Assembly: GCF_023055435.1 (NCBI RefSeq) | Contig: NW_025963890.1 | Location: 20,336,001-20,400,000 of the forward strand | From: Haliotis rufescens | Lineage: Eukaryota | Direction of reading: 5' to 3' | DNA: 64,000 bases | Part shown: positions 12,801 through 24,800 of the stretch, piece after piece | How positions within the stretch are numbered: position 1 is the stretch's first letter | Layout: each line of letters starts with the position of its first letter | The notes under the pieces: generated by a model | Seen by the model: only the letters and a program-made list of their open reading frames with translations | Told to the model about the DNA's origin: nothing | Databases searched by the model: none | Translations under genes and position numbers: made by a program

Positions 12801-15800
12801 CGCACCACGAATGCAGGCTTCTTCTGGAGAGGATGCATGATCCAATACCATGTGGAGATCCTCTATCGTCGAAAGAATGGTAGAAACTAGGGGCAACATA
12901 TGACGAATCCAGACCCAGATGAACTAAATCTCTGTCAACTACTGAAGAGAAGGAGAAAGAACGCTTCGGTGCCAAAGTGGCGATGTCTCCGTCAAATTCA
13001 GGGGCTGAAGTGGAAATGCCATGAGAACCCATCTCCTTCGATATGAAACGAGGAGACTGTACCAGTAATCGATTGCATAATAGACGGAAAGAAACCGAAA
13101 TCCTTGTCTAAGTTGAAAGGAGGGACAAAAAGGAAGGCAGAAGTACACTTCTGGAGCTGGAGCTGGAGCTTATGTGCATCCCAGATGGTGTAGCTACATT
13201 GGTAGGATTCCGTGAAGTAGGAATTGGTAGGATTCCGTGAAGTAGGAAGTGACTATGTGGAGCACTGTAAAGTCGCTGTGGGCTCTGGTACAGTCGTAAC
13301 CAGAGTACATCGAACCTGAGGAGGAGAACCCGAGTGACGTAAGGAAGCAAGTGTCATGTGTGTTCTTAGGCGAAGGACATCGGCTAACTGTGGCTGAGCA
13401 GCTAGGGTTGTCTCTGTGTTTAAGGCTTGGTCAAGGGAAGTAGTCCAGGTAGGCAGGATCATAAGAATACCCTTGCCCATGAACTGAGGATAGCGATTCC
13501 AATCTTGTGTCAGATTAGCGTATGCAAGGTCTCAGACGTTTAGAGTCACGCTGATCTTGTGAAGTGAGTCACTTTTTAGATGTTCGTCTATTCTTTGAGG
13601 TTCATTGAACCTAAATCGAAGGGTGAGTCCTTGATGATTGCCAATCCGCAGACAATCGCCGATCCCTGGAGGTCTGAAGAACCTTAGGTGCAGAGTCAGT
13701 GAGGTTCGCCAATGCTCCACTGATACGAATCAGATACACGGACTGTGGACGGGAGCTTTCCCATTGAGTGCTGTTTCGTAGATTGAACCTAACCAGGGGA
13801 TTGCCAATGTTCGTGAGACCCGTGATCTGGAAAAGATCTCTCATGAGATTAATGATGAGTGGCGGAACGAGAACAGTGAGGTGTATATGACGTAGTCAAA
13901 AGGTAAAGACAAAACATCTGTAGAGATATTCACGGAGGCTACAGTCGTGAGAATCCCTTCCCATGACAGACTCTTTGAGTTGTCAATAACTGATGAGGAG
14001 GGCAATGGAGAGACATTCCGAACCTTTGAAGAGTTTGTCGAATCTAAAACGCCCATGGCTGATGCTGCAACAAGTTTAGAGGAATCTGAAGTAGCTGAGA
14101 GAGCCTTACAGACGTCCGCATCTGAAGATGGGTTCACCAAGGTAGACAAGAGGAGGTTCGTAGAATGTGGTTCAGTGGTCACAGTCCAGACATCATCTTC
14201 CTCGTCATCATTCGAGATAACAGGTATCAGAGGGCGTGAAGTAGACCCGTTCAACGAAGTCATGGATGATTTTGCCGACTTCCTCATCTCCTTGGAAGGA
14301 GTCTTCTTCAACTTTGTTGTTTTCCCCATAAATTTTGCCATTGATCCTGCTACCTGCAGCGGCAATTATGTATTTAGACACCGTAAGATGCACAGATTGT
14401 TCGTCCATGATGTCATTGCGAGAAAAGCACTGAGAAGAACTTGAATAATCCACATGTAAATACACAAGAAAAATGTCAAAGAGTCTCTGTAAGAAACAGG
14501 ATGTGGTGGCTACAAAAATTATGTGTTCAGCATGTGTAGGTCAATCAGCGTAGGGAGTGAGGGTGACCTAGATTGTTGGGGGTGACCATGGGGATGCTAG
14601 GTGTGTTCAGGTGAATTGCTTTTTTTAGGAGCTTGAAACCTTTGTTGAAGCACGTTTTCCACTTAAGATCGAAGAAGAAAGAGAAATGCATAGTGTGAGA
14701 TAGGATAAGCTTAAAAGTATATGAAATCCCATATCCTGTTTTCAAATTATCAAAATAAAGCAAAATGTTAAAGCTGTGTTTCATTATTCTACGGGAGATT
14801 TCATAAGCATGATTGTAAAATCTTTATGTGAAGCCCATTAAAGAATTGAAATGATTACTTATATGATGTTAGGCTGCGAAAAAAGCTGAATCTATAATCT
14901 AGAATGTGCATACATTGTTTAGATAATAATCTAAATAGCGTGAAAAATATTAATGAATAGAAGCAAAGTGTGCTAACTGAATGAAATCTTATCTGTTATC
15001 TGATATTACCTCACAGGAGTGTCTCTCCTGAAATGTTCATGTGTATCAAAATTCAAGAAAAAAAAGGATATTGCATTATGACCATACAACAAAGAACATT
15101 CCTAACAAATACACCACTTTGTGTAAACTGACAAAATATCTATATTTGTTCTCCATTGTATATGTTGTAGTTATAGTTTCTCACTGACTTTATAAACAAT
15201 AACATATTCTCTGTATTACCATATTTTCTTGAGTATAGTGCGCATCTGAGTATAATGCGCACCCTCCTCTAGCGGATTCAGTATTTTGCGAATTTTTTTT
15301 AGAATATTATGCGCAGAAATAAATTCCACCGTACCCCTCCAGCGAATTCCGGTAAATGAACGGGTGATGAGAAACTTGGTAGGTATAAATTTGAAATTAG
15401 AGATAAAAAAAATCCCCAGACATATTGATTTCCTGTTTAAATTGTATTTTTTGTTCTGCTAACAGTTGTTTTACATCCAGGGATTAATATTACCTTGTGT
15501 ATTTTCTCGTAAACTAAGCTGGAAACAGCATTCAGCTGTACACACGTTTTCTTGGAATCTACCGGTGATTCGGTCAAGACACATCCAATGATATAACTCT
15601 ACAGGATTTTAATGCAAGGATCGGCAAAAATTGTATCTGAAACTTTTTTTTTTTAATCAGGAATAATATATTCCAATATTTTGTAATTTTAGTTGCAGCT
15701 TTATAAAATATATTTAAAATAATTATAACCCAAAGCGAAACAGCTGATTGCTATTGCCGGTTATTATTTTTCACATGGAAACAGTTTGACCAGTCACCGT

Positions 15801-18800
15801 CGAGGCTCCTGCGCACATGATCACGAGAACTACATGTTGACACAGAATCGTCAAACTATAACAAATATGACTTTTAATGAGGTAAAGTATGGCATTTATG
15901 ATGTATCCATCCTCTGTCAATTAAAGTTCGTTTCAAGGCGTCAATAGCTGTAATCTGACCGTGGTTGCTGTTATATAACGGTGAGTTGTGCGATCTTCCG
16001 ATCTCTTAACACACGATTTTGCCGAAATTAATTAAAACAATGTCAAAAGGAATTTTTAATAAAATGTATGAAATATGTTACAAACATAAGTCCAGATATA
16101 CAAAGAACACTTTTTATAGCCAGACTGTAATTACATGATTAATTTGCATACTTCAGTATGGATTTGTTGACGTATTTCTGGTGTTATGTGCTCACGGTTA
16201 TGTCTTTCCATTGGGGGGAAAAAACTTCAAAACTCATTATTGCGTGTATAATGCACACCCCCTTCTACACAGCTGTGGTTTTTTTTAAAAGTGTGCACTT
16301 TACTCAAGAAAATACGGTAAGCACCCTACTCCAATAAGCACCCTCGGACCAACTTTAAGGTCAAAGTTTTGTTATTCTCAGTTTGAAATTACTAAATCAC
16401 TAAATCCCATTTTTGTAACTGCTGTGCTGTATTCTGAACATGATGTGAAACCCTTCAGACTCTCAATAAACCCATGTTCCCCACACATGTGTCTGGTGTA
16501 CTACTCCACATGCTCGCTCACCGCTTATTGACTGTGACATCTCCTATGCATCCTATGAACCTGACAGTGGTTGGTGCCATGCCCGGCTTGATGTTGTATT
16601 GTGGGGGCAAACCACCAAAGTACAGTGGTGTCTCTGTCAGCAGGTCCACGGTGTCGCCCTCCGCAGGTGCATCAACCATCTCCAGGTCATCAATGTTCAT
16701 GGTTAATCTGAAATAGAAGAGTGAGTGAGTGAGTGAGTGAGTGAGTGAGTGAGTGAGTGAGTGAGTTAGGTTTAGCACCATCAGTACAGTATTTCAGTTA
16801 CAACCCAGCGTGTCACCTTGATGTGGGAAGAAAGTCTGAAGCAGGTCTGAGGCATTTACAACAAGCACAGCTTGGTTTTAAAATACAAACAATCAGGGCA
16901 AATATTGGATGCAAACACACATCAGAGATTTGTGGCATGCTAAAGGGGCACAAATCTACACAGCAAATGGTGGCAGCTTAGATGACTGAGCCACCTGTCA
17001 CCTGGGTCCCCATCTTCCTGAGGCAAGGGAGTTAACTGACAATAAAAGTCCAATTTCAACTCTTGCTGAACTAAGCTGGAATTGTTGAGTTATATTTTGG
17101 GTGGACTAACAAAATAGACATCTGGTTCATAAAATGATGTGCAGATTTTGGTCGATTTGCAAAGGATGTTTACCATCAACTTTGTGTCTGATATTTTCCA
17201 AATCTTTTCATGTTTTTAATCAAGGTGCTCACGTGATTTGATGCTCTTCGCAAAGTAAGACACGTTTTATTACAATATAGATCTTGATTATCGATCAAAT
17301 CGTCTTGACTGGGCACTGCCATTTTGCTTGAAGAAATTGCAAGTGATATGAGAGGTGGAATCTGATTGGTCAAAAGGAGAGACATAGAAGGGACATAATT
17401 TGTAATAGCCACTGGTGGCACTACGATCAAGCTCTGAAATTCCAGCCTAGTTGGCAAGGGTGTAAACTGGACTTTTATAGTTAACTCCCGTGCCTCGGGA
17501 AGATGCTGGGTCCTTGAAATACAACAGTTTGGTAACTTGTCTCAAGAGATCACTAAAGGATCGTCTGTGGGTTTGTCACGAAGTGAGCATCATAAAATCA
17601 GACCAGAAGTTTTGCATCTGAACAGAACAAGTTTTGTTCATATCAACACTTATACCCCCGAACAGCTGAAGAATACTTTTGATATTCGAGATATATTGGT
17701 GCCTTAACATTTGAGTTGGTTTCTCTTAAAAAGCACAATAATATACATCACACATATTTTGGCACTGCACCTCTCATAACGTAGAAAGTTTTCCCAAATG
17801 TGAAAACAATCCATGCAGTAGTTTTCAATAGTTGCCCAATTGTTTGCAGGCCAAAAGTCCACAACATAAAAAAAACAGTATTTATTTTTCAGAAAATCAA
17901 CAGATAGAAGAACGGACAGAAGGATGAAAGAGAGAGAGAGACGGAATTCCATGGTATTAAAAATTCATTCTAAGTTCAAAACATGAAAAAAATCATATTC
18001 TTTTTCAGAAAATGCACATATCAAAATCAAACTTTGCACTGCAACTCTCCTATTAGTATAGAAGTATGGGAAGACGATGCATATGCCGAATAACCATAAT
18101 AATACAGCCGAAGTACTGCATGCAACAAAAACCATAAGAATGCGTACATTCACCAACAGTTTTTATTGTAACCTGTTATCGAGCAAAAAGTTCAAAGTGA
18201 ATAAAGCACAAATTCACTGTCTTTTCTGGGAGATCGGTTGTGCCACTACGAGTGGACCAAACTGTGTGCTCATGTTGAAGCTATGGCTCGAACTTTGTGC
18301 AGATGAGAGGAGGTGGGAGGTGCGAGTCCTTGCGCCTTGTAAGCTCTGAGAATGACCGCTTTCAACCAAAAGGAGAGAGTATTACGTGTAATCTCTTTCT
18401 TTGCATTGGTTGAGAGCGGTATGAACAGCCGTCGAAAATGTTGTTGTCGCTGTTCAGATCGCTGCAGGGAAATACGAAGCGCACGAACTGGGCTTTTCTG
18501 AAAGGCTCGTAAGTCTTACTAGACAGGTAGCGCAGAACGACATCGAGGTCCCAGGCCGGCAGGCGGAATTAATGTGACTCATTGTCAACCATGAAGGCAC
18601 GTACAATTTTCTGCAATTCCGGTATTTTAGTGAGCCTGTTGCCCGTAGGAGACGGCTCGTCTAGGTAGAAGGCGACCCTGATCGCCTGCTGATGGAGCCA
18701 TTCTACGACCGTCTTCATGATCCGTGTGATGAAGTCTTCCCCCTACCGGTAGCTTGTCTAAAGGTAGTAGACTCAGAAGACAGTGACGGCAGGGGAAGGG

Positions 18801-21800
18801 ACCTCACTACCTCCCCCGCTGGCTCTCTGTCGACAGCATAGCAAGCGGTTGTAGCTGGTGACGAGGCAGTGTCCATGGATTCCCAATGCCTGTCTACTAC
18901 AAGAATCTTGGAGGGCGCTGGTTTCTTGAAGAGTAGCCCCCAATCCAAGTCCCTACTCATGGGTGATGAAAACGGCATGCCATAGATCGGGTAACGCGAT
19001 CGAACAGGTGGTTTGCTGAAACTCTGCCCTGGCAGAGCAGAGGCAAGTTCTGGTCCATATCGTGAGCCAAGGCTCTGAAGACATCGGGAGGAGAATACTG
19101 AAGAGACTGCGGCGTATCTCCGACCTTAAAGCCAGCACACGTCGGTTTGTCATTATCATTTGATAACTCAGGCAAAAAAGTGAGATAGCCAAGCCATAGC
19201 CAGGCTGTCGTCACAATCCATCGTCGACGTCGATTGTGTAGACGTAAATGAAGGTACTGGTGTACTGGTCGATGATCCATGGACCTCCGACGTAGTCGAA
19301 TCCTTCTTGGTCGACGCCGTCAAGGCGAGTACCGCCGCCGTGATCTGGCCTATCAAAGCTGGGTCGATATGAAAGTGAGACGAGGGTGACGATCGGTCAT
19401 TATCTCTACGACGCTGTTGTCACAATCCATCGTCGACGCCGATTGTGTAGGCGTAGATGAAGGAACCGGTGTACAGGACGATGGTCCATGGACCTCCGAC
19501 GTAGTCGAACCCTTCTTGGTTGACGCCGTCAAGGCGAGTACCGCCGCCGTGATCTGGCCTATCAAAGCCGGGTCGATATGAAAGTGAGACGAGGGTGACG
19601 ATTGATCATTATCTCTACGACGCTGATCTCCCAAAAACTCCCTTCGAGAGCGTAGCACGTCCCCTTGGGAACGAGGGCTACGTTCTCTAACTGTAGAAGG
19701 ACTACGATCCCCATCGTAGTTATCGTCCGAATCGAACTCCCGACGACCTCGAAGGCAACGAACGTCCTCGTGTCGTTTACTGTCTCTCGATGAGGCACTC
19801 GACCTGTCGTCCCGGGGCGGGAACGACTTGTAGAGTGGGATCCGTGTTCACTGTCGACCTATCATCGTTGGTAGGACGAGAGACGGACCGACTGGGGACC
19901 GTAGGCCCCTCATGGTCCTCGTCATGAGCCGGTCCCGTCGTAACGGGGGTGGCTGAGTGATGCTCTCCATCAACCGATTGACGAAGATCAGTCGTGCGGG
20001 TAGTATCATCAGCAGGCGAACGGTCATGTGTCTTGTCGAAAACATAAGTTGGCTGGGGCGGGTCGTTATCAACTGATTTCTTGGGTGTGGCCAACGCGCC
20101 ACCCCCAGGGCCAGATGTAGAGGCTGCAGAGTCCAGGGATCCAACCGATGACCTACTCTGCTTGTAGCGCTGGTCAGTAGCTTGCTTCGCCAACGCACGA
20201 AGATACCAATTAAAGTTTATTAAAGTGATCACATTCTTTACAACGTTTATCCCACGAACACGTTGAAAATCCGTCCTGAATTATGCAGGAAGGACAATGG
20301 TTGTGAGGATCTACTTTAGACAGTATACTTTGACATGAGGCAGAAAAGCCTGACATGTTGCCACGTGTATAATCAAGTCAAACAGTGAAACACGTGTTGA
20401 ACACAAACAATGGATTACCATGGATTACATTCCAGGAGTCTACAGGTAAGACATATTATTACTACTGTATTAGAACAACAACTGTAGACACACGATAAGT
20501 ACTAGTAGAATACAAACTAGCAGTCTATCGCGAAAGTCCTTTTCGAGCGACCAGCTCAGATGCGCGCTGAGAGATTTGTGACATGTCATAGGGAGGTGCG
20601 TGCGCAACCGGACGGAAACAAGTTTATTGTTTACATTCCAGCTTCTGGCTTCTTGTTAACGTGCGACTAGAGGTATGAGATACCCATTTGTACGACTGAA
20701 AACAGACTAAAACATAGCTTTATTATTCAGAAAATCCAAACATTGAAAACAAAGTTTGCACTGCGTCTCCTATTGGTATAGAAAGTGTTCACCAAGTTTG
20801 TAAAGAATTTATGCAGTAGTTTTCAAGTTAGAGATCCTCAGAAGGCCCCACAGACGGAAGGGTGGAATTCCTTTGCATAACTGTACTCCCCCGACCCTAT
20901 TAGGCTGGGGATATTAATATATGACCAAAATGGAAGAAACTGCAGCTTCCCCTTGTTGCTGGAGCACTGTAGCACATTTGAATATACAGTGGTATGTATA
21001 CCACTACTTACTTTTGTCCACTCTTCATTATGGAGACATAGTGCCACTTGCCATCGCTGTATTCATTGACTTTGCTCTTGAATGTGGTCATTTCCCCACC
21101 TGGGTCAGCTGTCACGACAATTCTGCCCTGAACGATGCCTACAGCAAATGCACTGGACTGAAACAGAACACATGTGTATGTGTGTGATGAGAATTGACAT
21201 AATAGATTGAGCACTTCAACATGCATTTATCGTATACAGGGTGGAATTCAGAATGTTTTACTAATTGCAGTGCCATCTGGCATTCTTTATTGTCAACTTT
21301 GTCCATTAGCAGTTTGGTGTCCTTTTTGTGCACCGTGGTTCTTTAGTACACATTCTTCTTTCTTTACATATGATGTCTACTGTTTGCGAGTTGTTCATTG
21401 GTATTGTCTTGTTCTTTGTGTTCATTATTCGTATGTAAATAATTACATTTATTTGCAATATTCGTTCTTTATTCGTAACATTTGACTATAATGACCATAA
21501 TTTACGCCATTTCAACTTTGTAATTTTTTATTTGATATTCGAATGGCCACCCATAGACAACCTTCTGAACGTAAGTCATTCTAGGAAATACCCAAGTAAA
21601 AATTCACATTTGTTTTCTATTTTTTTTACCTTGAATATACAACTGCCATAGTAAAATGAAAATGCTACACCTCAAGAAAATTGGTGGTCTTATTATCATT
21701 CAGGAAAGATTCAGCTCCCAAGAGCATTGTGGTTTCTCAGAATAAGTTACAGTACCAGTTTCTTTTTTTGGGTTTAAAAAGAAAATAATAATCACTAAAA

Positions 21801-24800
21801 CAAATTTTCTTGACAATTGTGTTTTTTAATACTGTTTTTGAAATGTCCCTACATTCAAAGATGAACTTGTTTAATCAAACATTATACTGAACTTGTGATA
21901 AACTGTTGATTATCAGAGTGACAGCTCACCTGGTCGGAACTAGCAGCGTAAAGTATAAGACTTTCATTTTCAAATGTTCTCATCTTGAATGTAATGTCAA
22001 ACATCTGCCCAATACTCTCGGAGGAAACAGCAACAAAGCCCTGGCGGTCAGCCGTGAAGGAGGCCACTCGGGCAATCTGCAGGTAAACACAAGCCACATA
22101 TAATGATAAACACAATCTACATTCTCCTCTTGCTGACCAAGTTCATTAAAAGAAAACGAAACCCCTGAATTACCATAAGTAGTCTGTTGAAACATAGTTA
22201 GTATGGGTAGATATGCCACAGAAATGTCAATGGCCGTACATGGTGGCACGCTTAGGCTTGCATGGTTTGTTGTTTAATGCCACACTCAGCAATATTCCAT
22301 CTATATAATGTCACTTTGTAAATAATTGAGTCTGGACCAGACAATCCAATGATTGACATAATGACTATTTATCCAAGCAATTGGAATAAGATGACATGCA
22401 TCAACCACGTCACTCGATCCTGTTAGTTGCCTCTTACGACAAGCATGGGTTGCTGAAGACTAATTCTGACCCAGATCTTTACGGGGGATGTTTGTATGGC
22501 ATTCCACACCTGCAGTTACACACATGATACTACTGAAGCCGATTACCCTGAGTCACACCTTGAATCTATTCTTCAGTACTATCAAAAGTACCATTTACGT
22601 GCTCTCGAGTTGACAGCCTTGGTTCAAGACCCAAGCTGTCTGTGTACTTGCCTGTTCTGGGCAGCCTCTGGCTACTCCTATAGCTCTCTTGTTGTCATTC
22701 AAGTCCCAGGTCTGGGTGCCAAACTGGATGTCCTTTATACACCCATCAAAGCCTATACTGGATACATCACTGAAATATATCATAACACTTGCAACTCACT
22801 TCAATTTAAAACAGGTCATATCTCTAAATATGCTCAATTAATAATCTCGTGTATCAACATTAAGTACTGATTGTTATGTTTGCCCAAGAACATCAAATGC
22901 TATGTGAGTAATCAGGTGACATATTGTCATTGTAATAAAAGTCAAGGACTGTCACTCACTATTGTGGTCTCTGTTTGAAAGTTTAATCATACTTATCCCC
23001 AATGCCATTTTCCGTGACTTATGCCAAGCCCAGTGACCCACTTGGGCATAACACTGTATTAAACAGTTATATCATGACATATGGCTCTGACAAAAGAAGT
23101 AACATAATCAAGGCAAATCAGGGATGCCTGAGAGACGCAATTCAGCACAGCAAATTATGGCACCTCAGATAACTGGGCCATCTGTCCCCCTTTGGACAAG
23201 CAGAAGACACAGAGGTTAACTCCCCTCCAAAAGTCACCATTGTGACCTGATCAGCATATAATTCATAACAGGAAGTTGTCGTGAGCTGCAGGGAGTGCCA
23301 CTCACTTTGTGGGTACAAGGATCTTGTTGTAGCCCCCTATGAATATGTCATCAGATATGGACAGCTGCTTGAGAGTACCTGGAGCATCCCCTTGGTCAAC
23401 TGTGGATAGAACATAGCATACTCTAAAAATCATGCTGTCTGACACCTTATAAATTGCAAACAATCAGATCTTAACCTAATGAGAAGTCTGAATAACTCAT
23501 TTATCTTTTAATTAGGCTTAAACAAATGATAGAATTGGTTCTCAGCCAATGGTTATTGAAAATATAGTGCGGGTGGGCAGGGGGTGTCTTTTTTTGTCTT
23601 TTTTGTTGTTGTTCAAACTAGGATGTAAACAGTTGTGTGACCAAATAAACAGTTGTGTACAATCAACCAGAGAAACGGCCTCGCTACATAAATGTATTCC
23701 TTAATGAGTAAAATCCTGGAATGTAGTATTTGACTGGTATTTGTTTGTTTTTAAAAATGGAATTGAAAACAAAACGTGCGGCGAACTTTATGATGCAGGC
23801 GGTGCCTGAGAACCAAGACTTATTCCTTTTAGCCTTAGGAGATAAACATATTTTTGAATGACATTTGAAATGTTGAACTTAGCATTGTTACATCCACATG
23901 TAGCCTAGCTCTACATAGAAAACATGGTATGTCTATCTCCATTTTACCATGACTAAATTAAAAGCGAACTTGGTGTTCGCCAAGATAGTGAGTGCAGCAG
24001 CATGGGTTAAGTTCAATCTTTTGAGCGGGTTGTCAGATTGAACAAAGAAAAACTAAAACTTCAAATAAGACTCTTTTCGTTGATTTATATCTTGTCTTTT
24101 GTCCAAAACATAATGCCACACATACTTTGAATATTGTAACCTATAATAGTATATATTTTATAATGTCTAATGAAGATGGCTGACAAAGAACCACAAATTT
24201 TAACTTCTGCAAAGATGGGACTGTCAAAGTGAATGTTTCAGTCATAGGTGGTTACTGCGATTTGAAACCACTGACCAATGAAACTAGAGCATTTACGATA
24301 TCGATGGTAGAATTTCTATTAAATCCCTGTTAATCCTTTACAAAGTTGTCCTACAACAATATAGTGGTAGTTCTTACGTGCTGGTTCCTCTATTTAAAAT
24401 AATGAAACCACCAATAACAAAGTCATCCAGCCAATGGATATAAGGTGTTTCCGGGAAAATTAATAGTTCTCTTTTTTTGTGCCTTATATGATTAGCATAA
24501 TGCTTTGATTCATACTGAAAACAGAAAGTGCAAGAAAAAGGATTTGTTACTCTTCTCAAACTACGGCACTGCTGGTTACAATAAAATCATATATTTGTGA
24601 CTTGACATTCACACAAATCTGACCTGTCTTTCCATCCACCTTGAGCAGTCCCTTATTGTTGACTCTACTGGCTTGTAGCTGGTGCCACTGCCCATCATTA
24701 AACTTGTTGTCAGCCATAAGAACAGCACGGTTGCTGCCAAGGTCAAACTGAAAGAAGATCTTGCCATCCCGGAGCTCCAGAGAAAGAAAGTCCTTTTTGG

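Noticed and set aside
13841-14444. 174-aa and 165-aa ORFs as host genes
   Set aside because: Low-complexity Ser/Lys-rich gag-like region of DIRS relic 1 and its antisense shadow.
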